Source of the DNA: Clostridia bacterium
Lineage (GTDB): Bacteria > Bacillota > Clostridia > Acetivibrionales > UBA4821
Direction of reading: 5' to 3'
Length of the DNA stretch: 27,758 nucleotides
Assembly (NCBI GenBank): GCA_041685035.1
Contig: JAWLGL010000001.1
Location: forward strand, 1 to 27,758
Shown here: piece by piece, positions 16,454-26,387 of the stretch
How positions within the stretch are numbered: position 1 is the first letter of the stretch
How the letters are laid out: each line of letters starts with the position of its first letter
Translations under genes and position numbers: made by a program
The notes under the pieces: model-generated
Told to the model about the DNA's origin: nothing
What the model saw: only the letters and a program-made list of their open reading frames with translations
Database searches by the model: none

Positions 16454-16981
16454 ATGAGCTACCAGTATAGACAGCAATGCCCGCCGGGGACTGTTCCATA
16501 CACAATACGGGCCGGAGATACGGTTGCAAGATTGGCTCAGCAGTTTAATACTACGGTGCCGGCAATTATTTCGGCAAACCCATTTATAGAGCCAACCAAT
16601 CTCCGCATAGGACAGCGGATATGTATACCCCGGCAGCCCATTTTTCCAGCATGCCCGGAAGGCAACTACTATACCATTCGCCCCGGGGATACCTTATACC
16701 AGATAGCAAGAACTTATAATGTATCTCTCGATGACTTAATTGAAGCAAATCCGGGGATTGACCCGTTCAGGTTGTTTGCTGGGCAGGTAATTTGTATTCC
16801 CCTTGCCACGCCGCCGGTCACCTGTCCTCCCGGAACCACTACCTATACAGTGAGAAGAGGGGATACATTATACGCAATTGCCCGAAGGTTAAACACAACG
16901 GTGCAGGCACTTATATCAGCCAATCCAGGAATACGGCCAGAAGCGTTATTGATAGGCCAGGAAATATGCGTGCCTCGATAA
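16454..16981 (+). CDS. Triple LysM peptidoglycan-binding protein (SafA-like spore protein)
   Basis: Three repeats of CPxG..YT(I/V)RxGDT....A..(F/Y/L)N.....LI.ANP.I.P..L..GQ.IC(I/V)P. GAGGTG RBS. Confidence 0.88.
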   Translation: MSYQYRQQCPPGTVPYTIRAGDTVARLAQQFNTTVPAIISANPFIEPTNLRIGQRICIPRQPIFPACPEGNYYTIRPGDTLYQIARTYNVSLDDLIEANPGIDPFRLFAGQVICIPLATPPVTCPPGTTTYTVRRGDTLYAIARRLNTTVQALISANPGIRPEALLIGQEICVPR

Positions 16982-17042
16982 CAAGAGCATATATACATTA
17001 TTAATTGAAAGAGCAGTGTAAGCCAAATGAAAGACTTATATT

Positions 17043-17069
17043 CCATGGCACTGAAAGCCATGGTTTTTT
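17043..17069 (+). terminator. Intrinsic terminator after the LysM gene
   Basis: CCATGGC-ACTGAAA-GCCATGG followed by TTTTTT. Confidence 0.75.
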
Positions 17070-17114
17070 CTTTAACGTTGACACTGGGTACGGTTTGTTT
17101 GATAATTCAAAGCT

Positions 17115-18116
17115 TTAAGCATTAACAAGATTTATCGGACTGCCGGAAATGAATGCCCTGATATTTTCCACACTGGTATTAAATATCCTTTCTACAGCTT
17201 CCCTGCTGTTGAATGCATTATGCGGAGTGATAACTACATTCTCTCTGTGCACAAGGGAGCAGTTCTGCTGTACAAGTCTTTTAACGTCCTGAGAATAGTC
17301 ATTGTGAAGCTTGCAGCCCTCTTCGAGTATGTACTCTTCTCCTTCAAAAACGTCAAGTCCTGCGCCGGATAGAATACCCTTGTCCAAAGCCTCAACCAGA
17401 GCCTCGGTTTCCACCAGCCCCCCTCGGGAGGTATTTATCAAAAGGGCGCCTCTTTTAATAAGACAAATATTTTCTCTGTTTATAAGGTGGCGTGTTGACT
17501 GGTTTAATGGTGCATGCAATGATATCACATCAGAATTCTTAAGTATCTCTTCAATCGAGGCATATTTGAAATCAAGGATTTCTCCGAGGAAGTCATTTCT
17601 GTTCACATCGAAAGCAAGAACATCCATGCCAAACCCTTTTGCCATCCGGATTACATGCAGGCCGATTCTTCCAGCGCCGATAATTCCAAGGGTTTTACCC
17701 TTAAGGTCAAAACCCTGCAGGTCTTCCAAAGAGAAGTTGTTGTTTATTGTTCTCACGTAGGTCTTATGTATGTTTCGCGAGAGAGCAAGTATAAGGGCAA
17801 ATGTATGCTCGGCTACAGTGTTTTCACCGTAGATTGGAACATTGGACACAGCAATACCTCTTTGGCTGCACAGGGCTATGTCAATATGCTCAAATCCGGT
17901 TGAGCGTGTGGAAATGAATTTAAGCGCGGGTAGGTTTTCAAGGATATCACGGTTTACTTTTGAATGCATAAATAGAGAAATTATTTCACTGCCGCTGTAG
18001 AAGGAGGGATTTACATCCTGGATGTTTTCCCTGAAGGTCAGAACTTCATGACCTTCAAGCTGCTCCCTGAATCTATCTGCTTCTGCACCTTCAGTATTGA
18101 ATATGGCAATTTTCAT
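17115..18116 (-). CDS. D-isomer-specific 2-hydroxyacid dehydrogenase (D-lactate dehydrogenase-like)
   Basis: RSTGFEHID, VAEHTFALIL, GIIGAGRIG, INTSRGGLV, LDVFEGE, ITPHNAF. Confidence 0.9.
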   Translation of the reverse strand: MKIAIFNTEGAEADRFREQLEGHEVLTFRENIQDVNPSFYSGSEIISLFMHSKVNRDILENLPALKFISTRSTGFEHIDIALCSQRGIAVSNVPIYGENTVAEHTFALILALSRNIHKTYVRTINNNFSLEDLQGFDLKGKTLGIIGAGRIGLHVIRMAKGFGMDVLAFDVNRNDFLGEILDFKYASIEEILKNSDVISLHAPLNQSTRHLINRENICLIKRGALLINTSRGGLVETEALVEALDKGILSGAGLDVFEGEEYILEEGCKLHNDYSQDVKRLVQQNCSLVHRENVVITPHNAFNSREAVERIFNTSVENIRAFISGSPINLVNA

Positions 18117-18193
18117 TTTCGGACTCCTCTTCTATAGTTTGGGTATCTTAGTATATAGTTTCGCTGTTTTATGTGAGAAGTATTCCAGTGAAG

Positions 18194-20206
18194 CTATGAA
18201 TAATTCTCGACCTCGTTCACCCAGCTTTTACATTCAGTATCTGTGGACATTCGCCATGAAACCCTCGGAGACAAGTCCACCATTCCGATTTTAGGGCCGT
18301 CTGCCGATGCGTTTCGCTTGAACTGCTGACTGGAGAACCTCTTATAGAAATTAACCAGCCATTTCTTGAGAGTATCCAAATCATAGGTCTCTCCGAATGC
18401 GTTTTGGGCAGCGTCCAGTATTTTGCGGGGACTTGCCCCATAGCGTGCATGCCAGTATAGAAAGAAGTCATTTAATTCATATGGCCCTATCTTTTCCTCG
18501 GTAAGCTGTGTTATCTGACCCTCAAAACCAGAGGGCAGCAGCTCGGGACTTATAGGTGTATCCAGTATGGAGAAAAGAACCTGCTTCAATTTCTGTGGAC
18601 TTTCAATAGCCCAGTTGTCAACCTTTTCTGCGGCAGCCCATCTTATTACAAACTGGATAAGCGTCTTTGGTATACCAGAATTTATATCATACATGGATAT
18701 CTGGTCGCCGGCATAGGTGGACCAGCCGAGAGCCTTTTCGGACAGGTCTCCGGTACCCAGCACTATACCATTGAGCTTGTTTGCATAAGACATAAGCAAA
18801 AGCGTACGGACACGTGCCTGAACATTTTCCAGTGTTGTGTCTCCGAATTCCGGATGACTGCGGAGATTGTCTGCAAGCTCCTTGAGGCAGGAGACATTTG
18901 ATACAGCACGGTGCCCTATGATATTCAGGATTAGACAGCTTATATCGTTTATTGAGGTTTCAATAAGGGTGGCACCGATATGCCTGCAGAGTTCCTGGGC
19001 GCTGTTTTTCGTTTCTTCAGAAGTACCGAAGCCCGGCATGGTAATACAGTAGAGGTTGGAACGTGGCAGACCCATTGTGTCCAGTGTATTTGTGGCTGAT
19101 AGTGCTGCCAGAGTGGAATCAAGTCCTCCTGATACTCCAAGAATAATCTTACTGCATCCTATCTTTTCCAGACGTGTCCTCAGGGAATTTGTCTGGATTT
19201 CAAACACCTCCCAGCACCTCTCAGCCAATCTGACAGGGTCGGAGGGAATGAAAGGATAACGGTTTATTTTTCTCAGAAGAGTCCGGTCATTGTCCTGGGG
19301 AACTGCATCAAAACCGATAAGCCTGAAGGCCTTGTGGTTTGCATCGGCGCAGTCTCCAAAGGTGCCTATGGTTATACGGTCATGAACCAGGGACTCTATA
19401 TCAATATCGGTCGTAAGAAGCTGTGGCTCCCGGCTGAACCGGGGCCCGCTGGCAATAATTCTGCCGTTTTCACAGATGAAATGCTGACCATCCCATGCAA
19501 GCTCGGATGACTCGCCGGGAGCTGCGGAGGTAAAGATATAACAGCACTTCCCTTTGTCCGATGCACTGCGGGCCAGAAATTCCCTGATTTCGGACTTGCC
19601 GATGGTGAAGTTGGATGCCGATGGGTTGGCAATGATTATTGCTCCCGAGTTTATCTGGTAGATATGTGGAGACGCCTGAACCCATATATCCTCACATATC
19701 TCTATTCCTATTCTGCAGTTAGGTATATTGTCCGCTGAAAGCAGGATATCGGTCCCGAAGGGAACGGTTTGTCCCAGGATGTCTATAGACTTTTCCGGAA
19801 CTATAAACCGTCCCGGCCTGAACCATCTGCCTTCCTCAAATTCACCGTAATTGGGAAGATAGCTCTTGGGAACAACACACAAAATCTTTCCACCCTGTAT
19901 TGCCACGGCACAGTTATACATGCCGTTCTCATATACCACAGGCATACCTACTATAGCAATGGTGCCTATATGTTTACCTCTGTTGAGGAGCCATGAAAGT
20001 GAATTCTCAGCTTCCCGGAGAAGAAGGGTGTTATTAAAAAGGTCTTTAGCCGAGTATGAGGTTATACACAACTCAGGGAAGCATACCAGAACGCTGTTTT
20101 GTTTAAACGCTTTTTTCCACAGAGATAGAATCTGTTCCCTATTGAACTCAAAGTCTGCAATTTTCACCTGTGGAACTGCGGCAGATACCCGTACAAACCC
20201 TCTCAT
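18194..20206 (-). CDS. nadE: Glutamine-dependent NAD+ synthetase
   Basis: Nitrilase-like glutaminase domain (FPEL, PKSYLPNY.EF.E.RWF, EICEDIW) fused to a synthetase domain (GVSGGLDST, ENVQAR, GTGDLSE, TPISPEL). Confidence 0.96.
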   Translation of the reverse strand: MRGFVRVSAAVPQVKIADFEFNREQILSLWKKAFKQNSVLVCFPELCITSYSAKDLFNNTLLLREAENSLSWLLNRGKHIGTIAIVGMPVVYENGMYNCAVAIQGGKILCVVPKSYLPNYGEFEEGRWFRPGRFIVPEKSIDILGQTVPFGTDILLSADNIPNCRIGIEICEDIWVQASPHIYQINSGAIIIANPSASNFTIGKSEIREFLARSASDKGKCCYIFTSAAPGESSELAWDGQHFICENGRIIASGPRFSREPQLLTTDIDIESLVHDRITIGTFGDCADANHKAFRLIGFDAVPQDNDRTLLRKINRYPFIPSDPVRLAERCWEVFEIQTNSLRTRLEKIGCSKIILGVSGGLDSTLAALSATNTLDTMGLPRSNLYCITMPGFGTSEETKNSAQELCRHIGATLIETSINDISCLILNIIGHRAVSNVSCLKELADNLRSHPEFGDTTLENVQARVRTLLLMSYANKLNGIVLGTGDLSEKALGWSTYAGDQISMYDINSGIPKTLIQFVIRWAAAEKVDNWAIESPQKLKQVLFSILDTPISPELLPSGFEGQITQLTEEKIGPYELNDFFLYWHARYGASPRKILDAAQNAFGETYDLDTLKKWLVNFYKRFSSQQFKRNASADGPKIGMVDLSPRVSWRMSTDTECKSWVNEVENYS

Positions 20207-20241
20207 GACAATACTCCTTCCAGTTAATCCTTCTGAACAGT

Positions 20242-20250
20242 ATTATAGCA
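20242..20250 (-). promoter_or_regulatory. Extended -10 promoter for nadE
   Basis: Minus strand TG-C-TATAAT, about 35 nt upstream of the ATG. The -35 box is weak. Confidence 0.5.
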
Positions 20251-20282
20251 TTTATTATTAAGAATAAAAACTTTTTCAATTC

Positions 20283-20331
20283 TTTACATATTCCTGCCAA
20301 CTGAGTATAATAATATACGAACACGTGTTTG
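20283..20331 (+). promoter_or_regulatory. dinB sigma-A promoter with a LexA (Cheo/SOS) box
   Basis: TTTACA (20283-20288), 17 nt, TATAAT (20306-20311). CGAAC-ACGT-GTTTG (20318-20331) fits the Gram-positive CGAACNNNNGTTYG box. Confidence 0.85.
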
Positions 20332-20356
20332 CATATTATTATAAGGATGATACATA

Positions 20357-21595
20357 ATGCTTAGAACAATACTTCACTCCGACCTCAATAATTTCTATGC
20401 TTCGGTAGAGTGCAGGGTGAATCCGGAGATAAGGGATAAACCGGCAGCCGTCTGTGGATCTGAAAGCATAAGGCACGGTATAGTGCTGGCAAAGAACCAA
20501 TTAGCCAAAGGATATGGAGTAAAGACAGGAATGCCGGTGAGAGAAGCTAAAAGTATATGTCCAGGTCTGGTTACGGTAAAACCTAATTTTCCCTTGTACC
20601 TCAAATACTCAAGGATGGTGAGGAAGATATATTCCGATTATACCGACAGGGTAGAAGCTTTCGGGATTGACGAGTGCTGGCTTGACGTAACAGGAAGCCG
20701 CCGGCTCTTTGGAGACGGGGAGGCCATAGCTTGGAGAATCAAGGAGAGGATTAAGGATGAGTTGGGCATTACATGTTCCATAGGCGTGTCTTACAACAAG
20801 GTATTTTCCAAACTGGGAAGTGACATAAAAAAGCCTGATGCGATTACGGTCATCATGCCTGAACATATTGAGAGCAAGGTATTTCCCCTGCCTTGTGAAT
20901 ACCTGATTTATATAGGGAGAGCTACCAAAAGAAAGCTTAACAATATAGGAGTACATACAATAGGAAATTTAGCCAGGTGTAATCCTGTAACTCTGGAGAA
21001 GTTTCTTGGCAAGTGGGGACGGACACTCTGGTATTTTGCAAACGGCATGGACAATTCTCCGGTACAGAGAACAGACTGTGAGCAGGGAATCAAAAGTATA
21101 GGTAATTCACTTACAACACCCAGGGATTTGATCGATGAGCAGGAGGTCAGGATGCTCCTGCTGATTCTTTCTGAAAGTGTGGGCCAGAGGTTGAGACAGC
21201 ATGGAATGGCAGGAAGAACGGTTCAGATTACTATAAAGGACAGCAGTTTTAATACTATAGAACGTCAAGCCGGCCTAGGATTTTACACAAACACTGTTAT
21301 GGAGATTTACAAGGAATCTTTCTATATATTCAGGTTGTGCTGGGATTGGCATGTCAGTATAAGACTTCTTGGAGTAAGGGTTACGGACCTGGCGGCAGTT
21401 GATGGGTTTATACAGATGTCAATGTTTGCGGACAGGAAACATGACAAGCTGGAAAGACTGGACTACTGCATAGACCGTATAAGAGGCAGATTTGGGTACG
21501 GGGCGGTAAAGAGGGCGCTGGTCTTAAAAGAAGACCTGTTCAACTATAATTATGTTGAGGAGGATGCTATACATCCAACGGTCTTTAAGTTTTAG
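20357..21595 (+). CDS. dinB: DNA polymerase IV (Y-family)
   Basis: ILHSDLNNFYASVE, LAKNQLAK.YGVKTGM, FGIDECWLD, SKLGSDIKKPD, KSIGNSLT, RLLGVRV. Confidence 0.93.
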   Translation: MLRTILHSDLNNFYASVECRVNPEIRDKPAAVCGSESIRHGIVLAKNQLAKGYGVKTGMPVREAKSICPGLVTVKPNFPLYLKYSRMVRKIYSDYTDRVEAFGIDECWLDVTGSRRLFGDGEAIAWRIKERIKDELGITCSIGVSYNKVFSKLGSDIKKPDAITVIMPEHIESKVFPLPCEYLIYIGRATKRKLNNIGVHTIGNLARCNPVTLEKFLGKWGRTLWYFANGMDNSPVQRTDCEQGIKSIGNSLTTPRDLIDEQEVRMLLLILSESVGQRLRQHGMAGRTVQITIKDSSFNTIERQAGLGFYTNTVMEIYKESFYIFRLCWDWHVSIRLLGVRVTDLAAVDGFIQMSMFADRKHDKLERLDYCIDRIRGRFGYGAVKRALVLKEDLFNYNYVEEDAIHPTVFKF

Positions 21596-21623
21596 CAGAG
21601 ATGCCTTGTAGTATATGAATCAA

Positions 21624-21956
21624 TTAAGCAGGCATACCATGGTTCTTTTCATTCTCAATCTTTCTCCAGTGGTATACAAAAACGGGCAGAGCAACGAGGA
21701 CAAAGGATACAGCCTTTATCAGTCTTTTCTTGTTTTCCATATCGCGGTTCTGTTGTTCTCTTTGCCGAGCTTCTTCAAGTTGCTTTTCGGTCGGTTCAGT
21801 CGAATCACTGGTATCCATTTTGGGTATATGGTAGGAATAGTCTACCGGGAAAATTATATCTGTAATACTTCCTATGATGTTTACCGTACCGAATACCATC
21901 ATCATCAGTGTAACAAAACATACCAGGTAGAGATAAATATTGCGCAATTTCCACAT
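21624..21956 (-). CDS. Hypothetical two-TM membrane protein
   Basis: IYLYLVCFVTLMMMVFG TM, charged coiled region, second TM ending YHWRKIE. Start reassigned to the ATG at 21956 (AAGGAGG RBS). Confidence 0.8.
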   Translation of the reverse strand: MWKLRNIYLYLVCFVTLMMMVFGTVNIIGSITDIIFPVDYSYHIPKMDTSDSTEPTEKQLEEARQREQQNRDMENKKRLIKAVSFVLVALPVFVYHWRKIENEKNHGMPA

Positions 21957-22290
21957 AATACTGTCCTCCTTGATAAAGGGATTTAAATTAACCGGCTGCT
22001 TGCAGAGCAGATAAATTGGTTTATCTAATGATATCATCTTCTTTCCAATTTCTCAATACATGCCCCCCTTAAATATCAAGCCCAAAATGGTCAGTTCATT
22101 ATGGGAGTTTGATTATAAATAATTAACCTCGGGCTTAAATTAATCCTGCATTGACTCGGCTGTGTAATTACGATGCTCCGGCACCCGATAAGCTTAACAG
22201 AATCTTTTACTTAAGCGCCTGAAACACAAATAACACCTTCCGCGCTGCATAAGCTTTTTAATGTTTGGCCCTTAATCTGAGCTAACAGAA

Positions 22291-22319
22291 TTGACTTGTA
22301 TAATTGGGTGTAGTATCAT
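22291..22319 (+). promoter_or_regulatory. Sigma-A promoter for the MCP gene
   Basis: TTGACT, 17 nt, TATCAT. Confidence 0.6.
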
Positions 22320-22450
22320 AAGTATAGTGACATCAGAGGAGTTGCAAAAGACTATACCAGAAGCGTAGAGTAGGAAGTTTTAGCAAGTCTTTCATGTAAA
22401 AATCCGGTTCTATATTTTCAAAGCTACAGGTATAATAAGGGGGAATCAAT

Positions 22451-23731
22451 GTGCTTAAGGCAGTAGCGTCTGGGCAGGTTTCTATTTTCAGGTATGTTCT
22501 TAAGACGGTCTTTGTAGGGATATTAACCCTGAATTCTATGGCAGTATTAATCGTCCTTTTACTTGATTTAAGGAGTCTGCCGGATATTATTAAGCTGTTC
22601 CTGGTTTGCAATATGGGATTACTCCCGGCCGCAGGAATAAGCTATGTAAATTATAAGAAAATAATCAGACCTATATATAAGGTTACCGATTTTGTAAAAG
22701 ACCTGTTGAACGGAAAGACTGATGAGACCCTTGATGTTGGGGGGATGGGGAGACTAAAGCCTATTGCAAGGGAGATTAACAGCCTTGCAGGGGAGCTGGA
22801 CGATATAATAAAACACATAGACGAAACTGCAAAGGCTATATCTCATGCCTCAAGCGACCTTTATAAAAATGTAGAGAAAAATACCAATGAAATAAATATC
22901 ATTAATTCCAATACAAGGACCATAAAGGATATAGTTGCAGAAAACAGCAGACTTATAAATGACATATTGATAACCACTGAAGAACAGGCTAAAAATTCAC
23001 AGTCAGTAGCTTCATTCTGCTCAGAAGTATCTAACACAAGCGGAGAGACATATCAAATCGCCGTCAAGGGAGGCAGGGTGTTGGAGCAGTTGGAAAAAGC
23101 CATGGGAAATATAGTGGCATCTGAAGACAGGGTATATGAAGTAATAAACCATCTAAGTAAGTCATCACAGCAGATAGGAAAAATAATTGAAGCCATATCG
23201 TCAATCTCGGACCAGACAAACCTCCTGGCATTGAATGCCTCAATAGAGGCGGCAAGGGCAGGGGAGCACGGAAAAGGGTTTGCTGTAGTTGCAGACCAGA
23301 TCAGAAAGCTTGCTGAACAGTCAAATGATGCAACCCACCAAATTAGTTCAATAATAAAGGAAACCCAGGACAACACAAAAGAAACGGTTACTGCCATTGA
23401 AGAAGGCAAGAGTTATATTGTGGACGGAATGGAGCGGTTCGAAACATTAAAGGAGCAGTTCAACAGAATTATTCAGCACTCCCAGTCTGTTGCAACATGC
23501 GTTGAGAGTATAGCAGCTTCAACTGAGGAGCAGTCAGCCCAATCCGAAGAGGTAACCTCAATAGTTACTGATTTTAGCTCTTCTCTCCAGGATGTATATA
23601 AAGACATAGAAGAGATATTTTTATCGGTAGAAAAGGAAACGCAGATATCTCAGGCCGTAAGTGCTGTAACCGACCATCTGCTCACCGTATCCGGCAAGTT
23701 GGAAGTTTTGGTTCGGAAATTTTACGCTTAA
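22451..23731 (+). CDS. Methyl-accepting chemotaxis protein (2 TM, HAMP, MA domain)
   Basis: [44 protein letters not shown]-like IIRPI...L.G.....E...LA. GTG start. Confidence 0.93.
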   Translation: MLKAVASGQVSIFRYVLKTVFVGILTLNSMAVLIVLLLDLRSLPDIIKLFLVCNMGLLPAAGISYVNYKKIIRPIYKVTDFVKDLLNGKTDETLDVGGMGRLKPIAREINSLAGELDDIIKHIDETAKAISHASSDLYKNVEKNTNEINIINSNTRTIKDIVAENSRLINDILITTEEQAKNSQSVASFCSEVSNTSGETYQIAVKGGRVLEQLEKAMGNIVASEDRVYEVINHLSKSSQQIGKIIEAISSISDQTNLLALNASIEAARAGEHGKGFAVVADQIRKLAEQSNDATHQISSIIKETQDNTKETVTAIEEGKSYIVDGMERFETLKEQFNRIIQHSQSVATCVESIAASTEEQSAQSEEVTSIVTDFSSSLQDVYKDIEEIFLSVEKETQISQAVSAVTDHLLTVSGKLEVLVRKFYA

Positions 23732-23736
23732 GTGTC

Positions 23737-23780
23737 GAATCCCTTTTCATGCTGCATAAAGTAGTCATGAAAAGGGATTC
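23737..23780. terminator. Long-stem, probably bidirectional terminator after the MCP gene
   Basis: Perfect 15-bp inverted repeat GAATCCCTTTTCATG / CATGAAAAGGGATTC with a 14-nt loop. Confidence 0.7.
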
Positions 23781-23795
23781 TTATGTCCTTCTACT

Positions 23796-23936
23796 CTATT
23801 TGTCGGCAGATATCTCCCAGATAAAATATTCTCTCGTTATATTTGCTTCAATGTAGCCGTGAAGAAAATGTATAAGAGAAAGCAAAATCAGGATTAGAAC
23901 AAGTGTTATATTGAGTTTTACCAACTTTTCAAGCAT
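23796..23936 (-). CDS. Candidate 46-aa single-TM small protein
   Basis: Manual translation MLEKLVKLNITLVLILILLSLIHFLHGYIEANITREYFIWEISADK*. Weak GGTGA RBS. Ends just before the inverted repeat. Confidence 0.4.
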   Translation of the reverse strand: MLEKLVKLNITLVLILILLSLIHFLHGYIEANITREYFIWEISADK

Positions 23937-24079
23937 GCTTCGTTCACCAAAACCAGTATTTTGTAATTAGTATTCAAGATAGATTTAAAGTATGAATATT
24001 GATAAAAGCCTTACTTTTATTAAAACGGGTACGAGTATATAATATACTTAAAATCTGAAAGACAAAAGGAGAGTTTCTA

Positions 24080-24493
24080 ATGAAAAGCCGGACAGAATAT
24101 CTGTATTTCAACACCAGAAACCACAGGGAATACATAAACATAACCGACAAGGTTGCCGAAGTTGTGAATAAAAGCGGCGTACAGGAAGGATTCGTGTTGG
24201 TCTCGGCCATGCATATAACTGCAGGAGTATATGTAAATGATGCTGAAGATGGAATAATTTCAGACATAGACGAGATGCTGGAGAGGTTGGCTCCCTACAG
24301 GCCCGACTACCGTCATCACAGAACCGGAGAGGACAACGGGGACAGCCATCTGAAAAGCCTGCTTATCGGCCATGAGGTAATTGTGCCTATAACAGAAGGA
24401 AAACTCGATCTCGGGCCCTGGCAGCAGATATACTATGCCGAATTTGACGGTCAGAGAAAAAAAAGACTGGTAATAAAGGCAGTAGGGGAGTAA
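24080..24493 (+). CDS. yjbQ: YjbQ/UPF0047 family protein (secondary thiamine-phosphate synthase)
   Basis: [51 protein letters not shown]. Confidence 0.9.
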   Translation: MKSRTEYLYFNTRNHREYINITDKVAEVVNKSGVQEGFVLVSAMHITAGVYVNDAEDGIISDIDEMLERLAPYRPDYRHHRTGEDNGDSHLKSLLIGHEVIVPITEGKLDLGPWQQIYYAEFDGQRKKRLVIKAVGE

Positions 24494-24571
24494 TCTGGCG
24501 CAAATGTATACTAATATCTGCGGCAGCCGAAACATATAATATTCTATCAGTTCTTATATTGAGGCTGTCCA

Positions 24572-25045
24572 GTGACCAATGATATAATTATACTCGTAGC
24601 TGTCCTGATACTTGGAATATGCGCAAAATCGAATGTAACTGCGGCAGCAGCGGCAACACTGCTTCTTATTAAATTTTTTAGCTTGGATAGATTCCTTCCG
24701 CTGATTGAAAGGAGAAGCCTTGAAGTAGGGCTTCTTTTTCTGAACCTGTCTGTCCTTGTACCTATGATATTAAATGACAAACTGTTGAATGATGTTTTAA
24801 AGACATTCACGTCAATGTCGGGGATTATTGCCATAATTGCAGGTATAATTGCAAGCCAGCTCAATGCGAGCGGCTTCATGTTTGTCAAAAACTTCCCCCA
24901 GTATGTAATAGGCATAATAGTTGGAACAATGATAGGTATTATATTCTTCAAAGGGTTTCCTGTGGGCCCACTAATGGCTGGAGGTATAATGCTGGTTTTT
25001 GTAAAGGTGGTTGAAGGTGTCACCAGTCTTATTTTTAACAGGTGA
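24572..25045 (+). CDS. DUF441-family membrane protein
   Basis: KSNVTAAAAA.LL, GLLFLNLSVLVP, G..IG.IFFKG.PVGPLMAGGI. The start codon is uncertain (weak RBS). Confidence 0.8.
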   Translation: MTNDIIILVAVLILGICAKSNVTAAAAATLLLIKFFSLDRFLPLIERRSLEVGLLFLNLSVLVPMILNDKLLNDVLKTFTSMSGIIAIIAGIIASQLNASGFMFVKNFPQYVIGIIVGTMIGIIFFKGFPVGPLMAGGIMLVFVKVVEGVTSLIFNR

Positions 25046-25054
25046 TGCCTTACC

Positions 25055-26275
25055 CTACTGCTCCTGTTGGAATTCAAGCATCTTGTTCTGGTTAATAAAT
25101 ATAGTTGACAGTATCCCGATTAGCAGGACTGTAACAGCCGGCACGAGGAACAGTATAAGGCTTCCCCTCTTTTCGAGGATGCTGAAGATGGGAGGTCCTG
25201 CAGCTACCCCAAAGAAACGTACGCTGCCATAAAAGCAGGTTATGGCTCCTCTCTTGGCTACCTTTGTACAGCTTGTCACCATGGTATTCAACGAAGTAAG
25301 AGTCATGCCTACCCCGATTCCCATAAGTGATATAAGTACCAGCAGCACGATGAAGTTGGAGAAAAATGCACCCAGTGTCATGGCCACAGTAAGTATAGCC
25401 ATGCCTATAATTACAAATACCTTGTATATCAGATTTTTCTTTTTAAGTACTATTCCCGACACCACCGAGGTAATGGTCATAAAAAGAACCGGTACAGCAA
25501 GAATAAAGCCTTTCCGTAAATTAATAATTCCATGCCTTTCTTCAAGGACATCCGAAATATAGGATAATACTCCAAAGAGGATAAACAGTGCAATCATTCC
25601 GGCAAGAAAACTAAGTATAAGGGATACTCCCTTATTTTTGAATGTTTCCCCGACACCGGCCAGATACTTTTTAAATGACTGCTTGTTCTGCTTGGCCTTG
25701 GATTCCTTAACAATAAAGGCCAGCAGGAGGACTACCGGGATGGCTATTACGGGATAAATATAAAACACCGAAAACCACACCATAAATAGCCCGATTAATG
25801 AGCCTAGAATGGGGCTCAGCACTTTTCCAAAGCCGTTCGAGGCTTCAAGTATTCCCAGAACCTTACTCCTTTGGGCTGATGTAAATAGGTCTCCTACCAG
25901 TGCCATGGCTACGGGGGCGGTTCCCGCTGCGCCTATACCCTGAATAACCCTTCCGCCAAGCATGACACCAAAGGGATTGTCAAAAAATACCGGTGCCAGA
26001 CCCGATACAATACCGCCCAGGGCATAGGTGATTAATGCAGGTATAAGCACAACCTTCCGTCCAAACCTGTCTGAAATAAACCCCACTATTGGTATTGTTA
26101 CTCCCGCAGGGACCGAAAACAGGGTAATAAACAAATTAGCCTGAAAATCCGAAATCTGCAAATCAGACTGAATCTGGGGTAGCAGCGGTATCAGTATGGA
26201 ATTCCCCAGAACCATTAAAAATGGAATTCCTACAAGTGAAGAAACAGTACCGAAGAATCCGGGTTTTTTTGCCAT
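25055..26275 (-). CDS. MFS transporter (DHA1-like)
   Basis: LGNSILIPLLP, GFISDRFGRK, GRVIQGIGAAG, GKVLSPILG, YGSVRFFGVAAGPP. About 12 TM. Confidence 0.9.
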   Translation of the reverse strand: MAKKPGFFGTVSSLVGIPFLMVLGNSILIPLLPQIQSDLQISDFQANLFITLFSVPAGVTIPIVGFISDRFGRKVVLIPALITYALGGIVSGLAPVFFDNPFGVMLGGRVIQGIGAAGTAPVAMALVGDLFTSAQRSKVLGILEASNGFGKVLSPILGSLIGLFMVWFSVFYIYPVIAIPVVLLLAFIVKESKAKQNKQSFKKYLAGVGETFKNKGVSLILSFLAGMIALFILFGVLSYISDVLEERHGIINLRKGFILAVPVLFMTITSVVSGIVLKKKNLIYKVFVIIGMAILTVAMTLGAFFSNFIVLLVLISLMGIGVGMTLTSLNTMVTSCTKVAKRGAITCFYGSVRFFGVAAGPPIFSILEKRGSLILFLVPAVTVLLIGILSTIFINQNKMLEFQQEQ

Positions 26276-26387
26276 ATTTTACCTCGCAGTAGTATAAATG
26301 AACAACCTTTAATATTTGTATACCGGAAGAAAAATATACAGGCGGCTATCAAATCAAAGGGAAACTCGAAAGAATGATAAAATTGAA

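Noticed and set aside
21615-21986. Plus-strand 123-aa ORF
   Set aside because: It is the antisense shadow of the minus-strand membrane protein gene, which has a strong RBS.
22021-22056. 11-codon minus-strand mini-ORF (MRNWKEDDIIR) after an AAGGGGGG SD-like sequence
   Set aside because: Too short to support, TTG start, and no leader-peptide codon bias.
22326-22440. c-di-GMP-I riboswitch in the MCP leader (GCAAAAGACTAT and CAAAGCTACAGG fragments)
   Set aside because: The fragments are far apart and lack the GNRA-capped P2 and the GGGACGCAAAGC junction.
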